A DNA stretch of 64,000 bases from the IMG/VR virus record IMGVR_UViG_2932454522_000002, positions 1 to 64,000 of that record; one strand, given 5' to 3'. Position numbers and translations under genes: made by a program. Positions 46,335 through 55,276 of the stretch are shown piece after piece. The notes beneath the pieces are model-generated. The model was not told the origin of the DNA, did no database searches, and saw only the letters and a list, made by a program, of their open reading frames with translations. Position 1 is the stretch's first letter, and the number at the start of each line of letters is the position of its first letter. Source of the stretch: a virus (taxonomy: Duplodnaviria; Caudoviricetes).

Positions 46335-47440
46335 TGGCCACCTTCGCGGACGACTTCAACCGAGCCGACTCGACCGACCTCGGCGCCAACTGGGTTGAGG
46401 TCAGCGGCGACTGGTCGATCGTCTCGAACCGGCTCTCCCCGGGCGCGGCAGGCGGAACGATCATCCTGCGTGCCGCGGGAGCGATGGCCAGCAGCGACAA
46501 CTACGCGCAGGTCACCATCGTCTCGACGACCACCGCCTCCCAAGGCGTCTGGTGCCGCGGTAACGCGAACATCAGCTCCGGCTACCTGTGGCGCAACAAC
46601 GGCAGCAGCTGGGACCTGTTCGCGGTGGTCGGCGGCTCGTTCACCGTGATCGGCACCTACACCGCCGCAGCCGCACCCGGAGACATCGCCAAAGTCCAGG
46701 CGGTTGGCAGCGCCATCACCGCCTACGTCAACGGAACCCCGCGCGTCTCCGTCGCCAACACCAGCGTTACAACAGGCGTCAACGTCGGCATCCGAGCCGA
46801 CTCGGCCTCGGCTCTGCGGTTCGACGACTTCGCCGCCGGCGACGTGACCACGGGCACGGGCCTCACGCTCACGCCCGCAGGTGCCACAGAGGCCGCTCAG
46901 CCGCTCGGCGGGGCCAAGACGGCAGTCCTCGGGCCTGCCGCCGTTGTACAGGCAGCACAGCCCGTCATCGGCGCCAAGACCGGCACCCTAACCGCAGCCA
47001 CCGCGTCGGAGACGGCACAGGCGCTCACCGGCGCCAAGATGCTCACGCTCGACAGCCCGGCAGCCGTCGAGGCGGCGCAGGCATTGTCTGGCAGCAAGGT
47101 GGCCATGCTCGGCCCCGCGGTCGAGACCGTGACCGTGCAGGCCTTCGCCGGCGGTAAGGCGGCACTGCTGCCCACCGCGACGGAAGACGAGACCGGCCTA
47201 CCACTCGGCATTGCGGTGGCCCGAATCCTCACCGCTGCTACGGCTGTTGAGACGGCGCGGTCGCTGGCAGGCGGCAAGAGGGCCACGCTTGGACCGGCCG
47301 TAGAGACCAGCCTCGCGCGACCGCTCGTAACCGCGGGCCCCGACGTGGACATCGACGTGACCGTCGGCCCGCCAACAGGCTCGCCCTGCACGGTAGGCGC
47401 ACCACGGCCAGGCGACTGGAGGGTGGGCGCACCATGCTGA
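46334..47440 (+). CDS. Putative virion fibre: beta-sandwich head plus 20-aa repeats
   Basis: TFADDFNRAD N-terminus; about 8 repeats of L(G/T)xAxxxExAQxLxGxKxxx. Confidence 0.6.
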   Translation: MATFADDFNRADSTDLGANWVEVSGDWSIVSNRLSPGAAGGTIILRAAGAMASSDNYAQVTIVSTTTASQGVWCRGNANISSGYLWRNNGSSWDLFAVVGGSFTVIGTYTAAAAPGDIAKVQAVGSAITAYVNGTPRVSVANTSVTTGVNVGIRADSASALRFDDFAAGDVTTGTGLTLTPAGATEAAQPLGGAKTAVLGPAAVVQAAQPVIGAKTGTLTAATASETAQALTGAKMLTLDSPAAVEAAQALSGSKVAMLGPAVETVTVQAFAGGKAALLPTATEDETGLPLGIAVARILTAATAVETARSLAGGKRATLGPAVETSLARPLVTAGPDVDIDVTVGPPTGSPCTVGAPRPGDWRVGAPC

Positions 47441-47721
47441 TCCCCGCCAGCAGCACCGAGTACCTGCACGTTCCCGTCACCGTGCCCGGCGTTGACCTCG
47501 CCGGCAGCCCAGTGCGGATCGCTGTCGTCGACCATGGCAACAACCCGGCCGCAGGCGAATGGCAGACCGCAGAGTGGGGCGGCAGCGACGCCCGAATCCT
47601 GATCGGCCCCGACGGCGGCACGCTCACCCTCGCCCCCGGCAGTTACCGCGTCTGGGTCACGTTCGATCCGCCCGGCGCCGAAAACATCGTCCGCCTGTCC
47701 GGCACCCTCACCATCCGCTGA
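47434..47721 (+). CDS. Small beta-rich putative virion protein
   Basis: ARILIGPDGG..GSYRVWV..GTLTIR. Confidence 0.6.
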   Translation: MLIPASSTEYLHVPVTVPGVDLAGSPVRIAVVDHGNNPAAGEWQTAEWGGSDARILIGPDGGTLTLAPGSYRVWVTFDPPGAENIVRLSGTLTIR

Positions 47722-47738
47722 CCAGCGAGGAGACCGCC

Positions 47739-48278
47739 ATGCCCACCAGCGACGCCGAGGGCAAGGACTGGTCCCTCGAACGGTTCCGCTACCACCTGCC
47801 CAACACGGTCACCGACGTCGGGCCCGGTGAGGGCACCTACGCGCACCTCTTCCGCCCGGTGCACAAGGGCGTGTGGTGGACGGCAATCGAGATCCACAAG
47901 CCCTACGTCGCCAAGTACAAGCTCAAGTCGACCAAGACCAGGGCCATGTACGACGAGATCCACGTCGAGGACGTCCGGCAGAGCGAAGACCACCTCCTCT
48001 TCCGGGACCTCGTGCTGTACGGCGATGTCCTGGAACACATGCCGCGCGAGGACGCCGTCACTCTCCTGGAGCGCACGGTCGCTGCCGGGGCCTGGAACAT
48101 CCTCGTCTCCGTCCCCATCGTCGAGAGCATCCAGGGCGAGGTCGACGGCAACCCTGCCGAAGAGCACGTCCACCAGTGGGACGCCGACGACATGGACGCC
48201 GTCATGGCGGGGCTCGGCGGCAAGGTCGAGTCGATGCGTGGATCAACGCTCGGGTGTTGGTGGTGGACACGGACGTGA
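47739..48278 (+). CDS. Class I SAM-dependent methyltransferase
   Basis: DVGPGEG motif I; AIEIH; GDVLEHM. Confidence 0.82.
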   Translation: MPTSDAEGKDWSLERFRYHLPNTVTDVGPGEGTYAHLFRPVHKGVWWTAIEIHKPYVAKYKLKSTKTRAMYDEIHVEDVRQSEDHLLFRDLVLYGDVLEHMPREDAVTLLERTVAAGAWNILVSVPIVESIQGEVDGNPAEEHVHQWDADDMDAVMAGLGGKVESMRGSTLGCWWWTRT

Positions 48279-48499
48279 GCGGCTACGAGAACGGCGGCCA
48301 CCTCGAACCCGGCCGCTTCCTCGCCTTCGAGGTCTCCGGATTCGGTCACGCGCCCGACCCGGACGACGCGCTCACCTACGGCCGAGTGCTCGCCGAGCGC
48401 GGCGGTATGGCCATCACTGAAGGTGCCCGGCCGCGTATCACGCAGCGCGCCGACGGATCCGACAACTACCGCGTCGAGATTCCTGCCCACCACACCTGA
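48275..48499 (+). CDS. Hypothetical protein
   Basis: GTGA overlap. Confidence 0.5.
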   Translation: MSGYENGGHLEPGRFLAFEVSGFGHAPDPDDALTYGRVLAERGGMAITEGARPRITQRADGSDNYRVEIPAHHT

Positions 48500-48519
48500 C
48501 CCCACGGAAGGCCCGCGCC

Positions 48520-48675
48520 GTGCCTGAACCGGAAGACCCCATCACGCAGCTCGCCGAAGCAGCCGTCCAGCTGCACGAGCTGTACGCCTCCTACGTCGAA
48601 GCCGGATTCACCGAGCAACAGGCCTTCGACCTCGTCAAGACCATCCTCGTCGCCGGAGCAGGCGGCCGCGCCTGA
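48520..48675 (+). CDS. Small phage protein
   Basis: LHELYASYVEAGFTEQQAFDLV motif. Confidence 0.65.
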   Translation: MPEPEDPITQLAEAAVQLHELYASYVEAGFTEQQAFDLVKTILVAGAGGRA

Positions 48676-48693
48676 ACCGTAGGAGCCCGCGCC

Positions 48694-49236
48694 ATGGACC
48701 TCCATGCCTGGATCACCGAACGAGTCGACGCCGTCGAACGAGCCGAGCCGCTACACCAGCCGAACTGCGACAGTGTTCCGCACGTGACGTCCTGCTGCGG
48801 TGCCGACGACTGCGACTGCTTCGACACCTTCCCGTGCGACTGCGACCTGCCCGCCGCCGTACTCCGCCGCTGCGAGGCGGACCGGCGGATCCTCGCCCGG
48901 CATCGGCTCGACCCGGCGTCGGCCAACAGTTGGTTGTTCGCGACAGCCTGCGAAGGCTGCGGGTACGAAGGCGAGATGGGCGACCCCGTCACCGAGAACC
49001 TCAACGACTGCCCCGAACTCCTCGACCTCGGCTACGCGCACGGGCTGACGGACGAGATCCTCGCCGGACTCGACCGCCCACAGCCGCCCGAACCCGCACG
49101 GCCACGGACGAACGCGCCACCACTTCTCGGATCAGCCAGCCAGGTGTGGCGCGACGCGCTCCTTGGCAGCGCCACCCCGCCCATCACCACCAGCGACGTA
49201 CCCGAGGCCCTACGCGGGCCCCGCTGGAAGCCGTAA
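48694..49236 (+). CDS. DUF6221-like protein
   Basis: MDLHAWITE..VLRRCEADRRILARH. Confidence 0.65.
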   Translation: MDLHAWITERVDAVERAEPLHQPNCDSVPHVTSCCGADDCDCFDTFPCDCDLPAAVLRRCEADRRILARHRLDPASANSWLFATACEGCGYEGEMGDPVTENLNDCPELLDLGYAHGLTDEILAGLDRPQPPEPARPRTNAPPLLGSASQVWRDALLGSATPPITTSDVPEALRGPRWKP

Positions 49237-49259
49237 CCCCACACCCAGGAGCCCGCGCC

Positions 49260-49439
49260 ATGGCACGCTATGAGATCAACTACCTGACCGGCGACACCGA
49301 GTACATCACCGCCGCCAACCTCGAATCATCCGGCAGCCAGTACATCGCCTGGGTCGGAGACGGCTCCGTGGCCGCCTACATCCCGGCAGCCAACGTCCGC
49401 AGCATCGTCCGCCAGGACGAAGAGGCAGGCGACGCCTGA
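49260..49439 (+). CDS. Small hypothetical protein
   Basis: AGGAG SD. Confidence 0.6.
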   Translation: MARYEINYLTGDTEYITAANLESSGSQYIAWVGDGSVAAYIPAANVRSIVRQDEEAGDA

Positions 49440-49984
49440 TGGCCCGCCTGCAGATCCTCGAACTCCCCGAAGGCGCCAGCGACCAGCGGGCGCCGTTCGT
49501 CCTCGTCGTCGACGAGTACGAGCCCCAGCAATACATCGCCGGACCTGGCCTCGAACCGCAGGAAGTGAACCTCTTCGAGGGTGTCGCCGAGCAGATCGGC
49601 GCACGAGGGGTCCTCGTCTTCCAGGAGACCATCGAGATCCCCGCCAACGACGTCCCGGTCGACCCCGACGGCTACCCACTCAAGGTGCGCGTCGAAGGCG
49701 ACTTCGAGCAGTTCCGCGAGCAAGTGCAAGGCGAGATCCACATGGCGCAAGGCGACCTCGCACGCGCGCTCAGCGACAAGCAGCAACCTGCCGCAGAAGA
49801 CGGATGGACCGGACGACCCACTCACCCGGACGGAACTCCATACAGCTACAGCGAGATCACCGCAGGCGGCTGGGAGCCCTGCGACGGATGCCGCACCTGG
49901 GGTCGGTGGACCATCGAGAATCCGCACGACTGCCCCGGCACGTACATCAAGGGCCCGGCCGCCCCGCCCGCAGCTGATGCCTGA
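49439..49984 (+). CDS. Hypothetical phage protein
   Basis: MARLQILELPEG; coupled. Confidence 0.65.
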   Translation: MARLQILELPEGASDQRAPFVLVVDEYEPQQYIAGPGLEPQEVNLFEGVAEQIGARGVLVFQETIEIPANDVPVDPDGYPLKVRVEGDFEQFREQVQGEIHMAQGDLARALSDKQQPAAEDGWTGRPTHPDGTPYSYSEITAGGWEPCDGCRTWGRWTIENPHDCPGTYIKGPAAPPAADA

Positions 49985-50180
49985 CGTCACCATCAAGGTC
50001 GGCGACGGCATCCGCGAGGTCACCGTCGAGATCACAGGCGGAGAGGCTGGCGCACTCGCCGATGCTGAAGACACGGCCGTGCGGCTGCTCGGTGTCGTCG
50101 CCAGCAGCACGTCGGACCGGCGGGCAGGGTTCACCAACTGGGCACTCAGCAGCGACGTCGAACGCAGCCCCGAGGAGTAG
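49977..50180 (+). CDS. Small hypothetical protein
   Basis: Overlap with upstream stop. Confidence 0.5.
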   Translation: MPDVTIKVGDGIREVTVEITGGEAGALADAEDTAVRLLGVVASSTSDRRAGFTNWALSSDVERSPEE

Positions 50181-50251
50181 GGCAACTCGTGTTCCAGTGG
50201 GACGAGTTGACCTACGAGGAGCGAGTTGAGCAGGTAAAATGGACATCGAAA

Positions 50252-50312
50252 ACCCCGGCGAGTGCTGGTAACACTCCCGGGGCCGTGGACGACCTGGTGA
50301 AAGCAGGCCGAC
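50252..50312 (+). ncRNA. Conserved structured 5' leader, copy 1
   Basis: Two hairpins; covaries with the copy at 53629. Confidence 0.6.
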
Positions 50313-51008
50313 GTGAAGAGCATAGTCGTGCGCACATGCCCTGTGTGTAGCGAGTCCTTCGAGATCCCCCCGGGCCGAAGGCGCCCTGCCACGTACTGTG
50401 GATCAAGTTGCAAGAGTAAGGCCCGGCGGCTCCGCATTGAGGAGCAGCGAGGCACCTTCCCGCCGTGCGAGCTTGAAGACTGCGAACGATCTCGTCGAAC
50501 CGCGAGCGCTCGCTGGTGCGAGGCGCACTACATTCGCTGGTACCGGCACGGTGATCCTCGCGCAAGGGCGAGCACTGCGCGGGAACCCAACGGGACGTGC
50601 TTCCACTGTGGCCAGCCCGCCCCCGCACGCAAGATCTTCTGCACGCCCCTGTGCTCGACCCGCGACCGCATCGGGGCAGACTTCGAACTTCGATCTTGCC
50701 CCGTCTGCGATGAGACGGTGCGGTTCACGCACCGCCCCGATCGCGTCTACTGCACTCAGAAGTGTGCTGATACAGCTTCTCGGGCTCGACAGTACGGACT
50801 GACCATCCAGCAGTACCGAGAGATGCGCGACAGGCAAGCAGGCGCCTGTGCAATATGTGGGCGATCCGCCAAGACCCTGCATATCGATCACTGTCACTCC
50901 ACCGGTCGTGTGCGTGGGCTCCTGTGCCCGATGTGCAACCACGGCCTCGGGCAGTTCCAAGACGACGTGCAACGCATGAAGCTGGCCATCGCGTACCTGC
51001 AGCAGTAG
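50313..51008 (+). CDS. Multi-zinc-finger Endonuclease VII-domain (homing-type) endonuclease
   Basis: Repeated CxxC..YC; CAIC..IDHCHSTGRVRGLLCPMCN; lower GC3. Confidence 0.85.
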   Translation: MKSIVVRTCPVCSESFEIPPGRRRPATYCGSSCKSKARRLRIEEQRGTFPPCELEDCERSRRTASARWCEAHYIRWYRHGDPRARASTAREPNGTCFHCGQPAPARKIFCTPLCSTRDRIGADFELRSCPVCDETVRFTHRPDRVYCTQKCADTASRARQYGLTIQQYREMRDRQAGACAICGRSAKTLHIDHCHSTGRVRGLLCPMCNHGLGQFQDDVQRMKLAIAYLQQ

Positions 51009-51022
51009 CGAAGGGAGAAGTC

Positions 51023-51316
51023 GTGAGCGGAGGATGGGCAGGTTCCAATCGCCGCTCGCGACTTCCCGGGAACTGGCAGAAGATACGGGCGCGGGTGCTT
51101 GCGCGGGATGTGACCTGCGTACTTTGTGGAGTGCGCCCGGCGACTCACTGCGATCACATCAAGCCCAAGACCGATGATGATCGTCCCTCCGAGTTGCAGG
51201 GCGTGTGCGCTATCTGCCATGGACTGAAAAGCAGCGCGGAAGGGAACGCCGCCCAGCGCGCCAACCCGAAGCCCGGGCGACAGAGGCCGCAGGAACCGCA
51301 TCCTGGGATGAGGTGA
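51023..51316 (+). CDS. HNH endonuclease (terminase-associated type)
   Basis: WQKIRARVLARD..CVLC..DHI..LQGVCAICHGLKS. Confidence 0.88.
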   Translation: MSGGWAGSNRRSRLPGNWQKIRARVLARDVTCVLCGVRPATHCDHIKPKTDDDRPSELQGVCAICHGLKSSAEGNAAQRANPKPGRQRPQEPHPGMR

Positions 51317-51320
51317 GACC

Positions 51321-51575
51321 GTGGCAAAGACTTCATCGCCGAGCAGCGCCACGATGATCCGCCTCATCCTCGTAGTGGGGTTCGGATGCACGCGCTACTC
51401 AAGCGGCAACATCCCGATCCCGGACGGCGCCGAGCCCAGAGCATTCGCAGCGAAGGAAGCAGTGGCGAGACTCGGCGAGGGGCAATGGGTGGCCTGGAAC
51501 GACGGCCCGGCCCCGATCATCTTCCCGGCGGGCGCCGTGCAGCGAGTCGAGGTCGAGTTCCATGACCGGTACTGA
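51321..51575 (+). CDS. Hypothetical protein
   Basis: GAGG SD. Confidence 0.45.
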   Translation: MAKTSSPSSATMIRLILVVGFGCTRYSSGNIPIPDGAEPRAFAAKEAVARLGEGQWVAWNDGPAPIIFPAGAVQRVEVEFHDRY

Positions 51576-51587
51576 AGGGCAGCGCCC

Positions 51588-51803
51588 ATGCCCGCCTACC
51601 TGATCGTCCACGCGGAACGGCGCGGCGACGACACGCTCATCGAAGACGAGCACCTCACCGTCCAGTTCGACCCGCACTGGGTCACCATCTCCGACGAGAA
51701 CGGCCCCTGCTTCGCCGCACCCCGCGAGAAGATTCACGCCGTAATCCGGGTAGACCCTGAACAGGACCCCCTGCACGAAGGGCCCGCGCCGCAGAAGGAG
51801 TGA
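51588..51803 (+). CDS. Hypothetical protein
   Basis: High GC3; SD. Confidence 0.6.
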   Translation: MPAYLIVHAERRGDDTLIEDEHLTVQFDPHWVTISDENGPCFAAPREKIHAVIRVDPEQDPLHEGPAPQKE

Positions 51804-51809
51804 TCCACT

Positions 51810-52067
51810 GTGGCCAGTCGTGCCAAGTCCAACCGCCGCATCGTCCGCGAAGGACGCAGGTACTGGAGCGATCGCCCGACGAGCCGGGGCAAGGCGGCGG
51901 GCATCGGGTACGCCCTGCACTCGGGCTCGTTCACAAGGTGCGTGGCACGCACACAACGCTTCCTTGGGCCGAGGGCGCGCGGATTCTGTGCGGTCCGATT
52001 CCACGAGGCAACTGGCGTATGGCCAGGCAGCAAGGCTAACCGTGGATCGAAGGGGCGCCGAGGATGA
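51810..52067 (+). CDS. Small basic phage protein
   Basis: GSFTRCV..RGFCAVRFHEATGVWPG motif. Confidence 0.65.
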   Translation: MASRAKSNRRIVREGRRYWSDRPTSRGKAAGIGYALHSGSFTRCVARTQRFLGPRARGFCAVRFHEATGVWPGSKANRGSKGRRG

Positions 52068-52366
52068 CCACCTACTCCCTCGCCCGCAACGAGTGGGGCA
52101 TCCACGGCATCACCCTCGTCGCCAACCAGATCGACACCATCCAGTTCGGCGACGACGTTGACGAGATCGAGATCCTCAGCCACGACGGGGCGGCGGCCGT
52201 GTACTTCACGGTCGACGGCAACCCGCCGGCCGTCGAAGGGCGCGGCTCACGCGTCCTGCCCGCCGCGATCAACTCGGTGATGGTCGAGCCGCCCACTGCG
52301 GGCCCGACGATCGTGAAGGTTGTCTCGGCTGGCACGCCGAAGATCTCGGTGATGAGGACGTCATGA
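52064..52366 (+). CDS. Beta-rich putative virion protein
   Basis: AAVYFTVDG; coupled. Confidence 0.6.
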   Translation: MTTYSLARNEWGIHGITLVANQIDTIQFGDDVDEIEILSHDGAAAVYFTVDGNPPAVEGRGSRVLPAAINSVMVEPPTAGPTIVKVVSAGTPKISVMRTS

Positions 52367-53580
52367 AGCGCACCGTCTACACGCCCAAGGTGCCCGACGC
52401 CGAGACCGACGCCATGGTGAAGACCATCGCGTCCTCGGCCCTCGCGGGCAACGCGACGGTCGCCGCCAACCTCGCCGCACAGAAGGCGGCACAGGATGCG
52501 CGCGACGCGGAGATGGCCACGCACATCGCCACCCTGGCCGACATCGCCGCACAGCTCACGCCCATCAAGGCCGGCGCCGAAGTCGAACACGCCAGGCTGC
52601 AAGGCCTCATCGACCAGGCCACCACAGCCATCGCGGCACTGCGGCCCCTCATCGCCGAGGCTCAGGCCGATGCCGACTCGGCCGGCGTTCAGGCGCAGGG
52701 CGCCTACGACATGGCGGGCACGGCGCTCGGTACGGCGCAGGACGCGTCAGCCCTCGCCCAGCAGGCCAACACCACAGCAGCCGGCGCCAACACGACGGCA
52801 ACACAGGCGCAGGGCGCGGCGACCAAGGCCAGCACTGACGCGGCCTCAGCGAAGACCGCGGCCGGCTCCGCGCAGGCAGATGCGGCAGACGCCAAGGCGA
52901 TGGCCACGCAAGCAGCCACCGATGCGGGCGCAGCGAAGACCGGGGCGCAGGCAGCGCAGACCGACGCGGCCAGTGCCAAAACCACGGCGGCTACCGCAGC
53001 GAGCGATGCCGCCACAGCGAAGACCAGCGCCGCCTCTGCACAAACAACCGCGGGGCAGGCAGCAACAGACGCCGCCACCGCCAAGACCACGGCCAGCTCC
53101 GCGCAGAGCACTGCGCAGAGTGCCGCGACCAAGGCCGACGCGGCTACCTCCACGGCCGGCACAGTCAAGGCGACAGCCGACCAGGCGGCAGCCACAGCAA
53201 CGGCAGCACAGGCCGCAGCCAGCACGGCAGGGACCAAGGCGGACCAGGCCAACACGGCAGCGGCAGCCGTCGCGACGAGGGCAACAGCACTTGAAGCTGA
53301 TGTTGCAACGCTCAAGGCCAAGAGTCCTGAGATGCGTCGAGCGATCCCTCAACTCCCGTTGCTCGCACTTGGTGTTGCTTACGACCAGGTGATCAAGTGG
53401 GAGACGCCGATGCCAAGCGCCACCTACAAGGTGACGATCGCCAAGAGCGCAGGACTGTTGGGCACGGCGACAGCAGTCGTGAAGGCAGGAACCCAGACGG
53501 CCGCGGGCCTGACCATCACCGTCACGCCGACCGTCCTGCTGGCCGCCGGCCAGACGCTGGACGTCACCGCCTACCAGTGA
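52363..53580 (+). CDS. Ala/Thr-rich coiled-coil fibre with a C-terminal beta domain
   Basis: Repeats such as TDAASAKTAAGSAQ; IKWETPMPSATYKVT tail. Confidence 0.7.
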   Translation: MKRTVYTPKVPDAETDAMVKTIASSALAGNATVAANLAAQKAAQDARDAEMATHIATLADIAAQLTPIKAGAEVEHARLQGLIDQATTAIAALRPLIAEAQADADSAGVQAQGAYDMAGTALGTAQDASALAQQANTTAAGANTTATQAQGAATKASTDAASAKTAAGSAQADAADAKAMATQAATDAGAAKTGAQAAQTDAASAKTTAATAASDAATAKTSAASAQTTAGQAATDAATAKTTASSAQSTAQSAATKADAATSTAGTVKATADQAAATATAAQAAASTAGTKADQANTAAAAVATRATALEADVATLKAKSPEMRRAIPQLPLLALGVAYDQVIKWETPMPSATYKVTIAKSAGLLGTATAVVKAGTQTAAGLTITVTPTVLLAAGQTLDVTAYQ

Positions 53581-53628
53581 GCTGGTGCTGCAACCGCCGC
53601 ACTGTCAGTGGGCGTTGAGACAATAGAG

Positions 53629-53688
53629 ACCCCGGCGACGGCAGCAACCGTCCCGGGGCAATGGCCGACCTGACGCAACAGGACCGAC
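53629..53688 (+). ncRNA. Conserved structured 5' leader, copy 2
   Basis: Same two-hairpin fold as 50252. Confidence 0.6.
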
Positions 53689-54432
53689 ATGACAAACGCT
53701 ACACGCCCCACGTCCATCACCTGCGCCCGATGCGGTGCCAGCAAGAAGGTGGCTGGCGCCGGACCGCTCCCCACCTACTGCTCGGCACACTGTCGCTCAG
53801 CGGCGAAGTACCAGCGGACCCGTGCTGACGGACGATACGAGGCAGCCCTCGCAGCGAACCGCGACAAGGCTCAGGAGAGACGGGCAGCTCAGGCGCGTCC
53901 GTGCCCGTACTGCTCCGCACCCATGACAAACCTGCGCCGTAAGCAATGCGGCCTGCCGGAATGCCGGCGTGCGTTCCATGCAGACCGGATGCGCGAGTGG
54001 AACCGAGCCTACAAGACAAAGACCGGCGAGTGGCCGCACCGACAGTACGGCGAAGGCCAGCGCGCCTACGAGCGACGCCGACGGCAGGAGAAGGGGCACT
54101 GGCGCACCCTCTACCCCGACCGGGCTGCCGCCTATGACGCTCGACGTCGAGCTCTCGTTGCGCAAGCGCAAGTTGGCGAGACGTTCGATCCACGTGAAGT
54201 CCACGAGCGTGACGACTGGACTTGCCAGCTCTGCCTCAAGCCCATCGATCCGTCGACCGCTTGGCCGGACCCGATGAGCGCCAGCATCGACCATGTGGTC
54301 CCGCTATCGCGAGGCGGACTGCACGCGATGGCCAACGTCCAGAGCGCGCACCTTGGTTGCAACAGCGGCAAGTGCGATCGCCTCATGGCTGAGGTGGTTG
54401 ACCTTCTTACTGCCAAGAGGGAGACCTTCTAG
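53689..54432 (+). CDS. HNH endonuclease with N-terminal zinc fingers
   Basis: ERDDWTCQLC..SIDHVVPLSRGGLH..NVQSAHLGCN. Confidence 0.88.
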   Translation: MTNATRPTSITCARCGASKKVAGAGPLPTYCSAHCRSAAKYQRTRADGRYEAALAANRDKAQERRAAQARPCPYCSAPMTNLRRKQCGLPECRRAFHADRMREWNRAYKTKTGEWPHRQYGEGQRAYERRRRQEKGHWRTLYPDRAAAYDARRRALVAQAQVGETFDPREVHERDDWTCQLCLKPIDPSTAWPDPMSASIDHVVPLSRGGLHAMANVQSAHLGCNSGKCDRLMAEVVDLLTAKRETF

Positions 54433-54540
54433 GCGCCGGCCTGCCCTACCTGGTGGGTGCCAGGTGAGGCAGGGGAGTGGTCGGCCGGCGTGGCAGGCAG
54501 GGTGACGCGGTCGTGGTCATGGTCATCGTGTCTGTGAGCG

Positions 54541-54721
54541 TTGATCGTTGAGCTTGATCGATTCGAGTTGATCGAAGATTGAAGATCAATGAATGAAGAT
54601 CGAATCGATGAGATCGATCACGCCAGGACCCTGGAGCGATCTTTCCCGCCGGCGCCGAGAGGCCTTGCGGGCCGTCGAATCGATCACGCCCCTGACCTGG
54701 GGGAATGCCCCTGACCTGGGG
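54541..54721. repeat. GATC-periodic tract and 15-bp direct repeat; candidate cos/pac region
   Basis: GATC at 54543, 54556, 54570, 54584, 54598, 54612; GCCCCTGACCTGGGG at 54688 and 54707. Confidence 0.55.
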
Positions 54722-54799
54722 TTATGCGGATCGGGACCGTTTACACGCTAAGGCCGTCGACGGGTCTGGGGCCTTTGGATCTTCGAGGGGGTGGACGCC

Positions 54800-55276
54800 G
54801 TGGCAGGTCGCGGGCCACAGCCCAAGGACCCCTCTCGCCGAGCCAGGGGCAACAAGGATCCAATCGCACAGACCGTCCTGCGCTTCGAGCAGGCGGAGGC
54901 CCCGGAGCTGCCGACCCTGTCGGTGATGAAGGACGGCGACCTTGTGGAGTACGCCTGGCCGGCGCGGACGCTGGACTGGTGGGAGATGTGGAAGGCCTCT
55001 CCGCAGGCGGAGCATTTCTCCTCCACGGACTGGGACTTCCTTCTCGATACGGCTGTGGTGCACGCCCGGCTGTGGTCGGGCGAGATGTCCGCGGCGGGTG
55101 AACTGCGCTTGCGTGTCGCCAAGTTCGGTGCGACGCCCGAGGACCGGGCGCGCCTGAGGATGCAGTTCGCCCAGGCCGATGAGGCTGACAGTAAGCGCCC
55201 TGACGGCGCGGCGTCGGCGCGGCAGCGGCGTGGGGTCCTTCGTGCGCTTCCGGATCCTAAGGCGGAGGGCGAGTAG
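54800..55276 (+). CDS. Terminase small subunit
   Basis: AGRGPQPK..WWEMW..ELRLRVAKFGATPEDRARLR. Confidence 0.85.
   Translation: MAGRGPQPKDPSRRARGNKDPIAQTVLRFEQAEAPELPTLSVMKDGDLVEYAWPARTLDWWEMWKASPQAEHFSSTDWDFLLDTAVVHARLWSGEMSAAGELRLRVAKFGATPEDRARLRMQFAQADEADSKRPDGAASARQRRGVLRALPDPKAEGE

Noticed and set aside
50313-54432. IscB/HEARO-type RNA-guided nuclease
   Set aside because: No RuvC or PLMP motifs, and the shared leader is only about 60 nt
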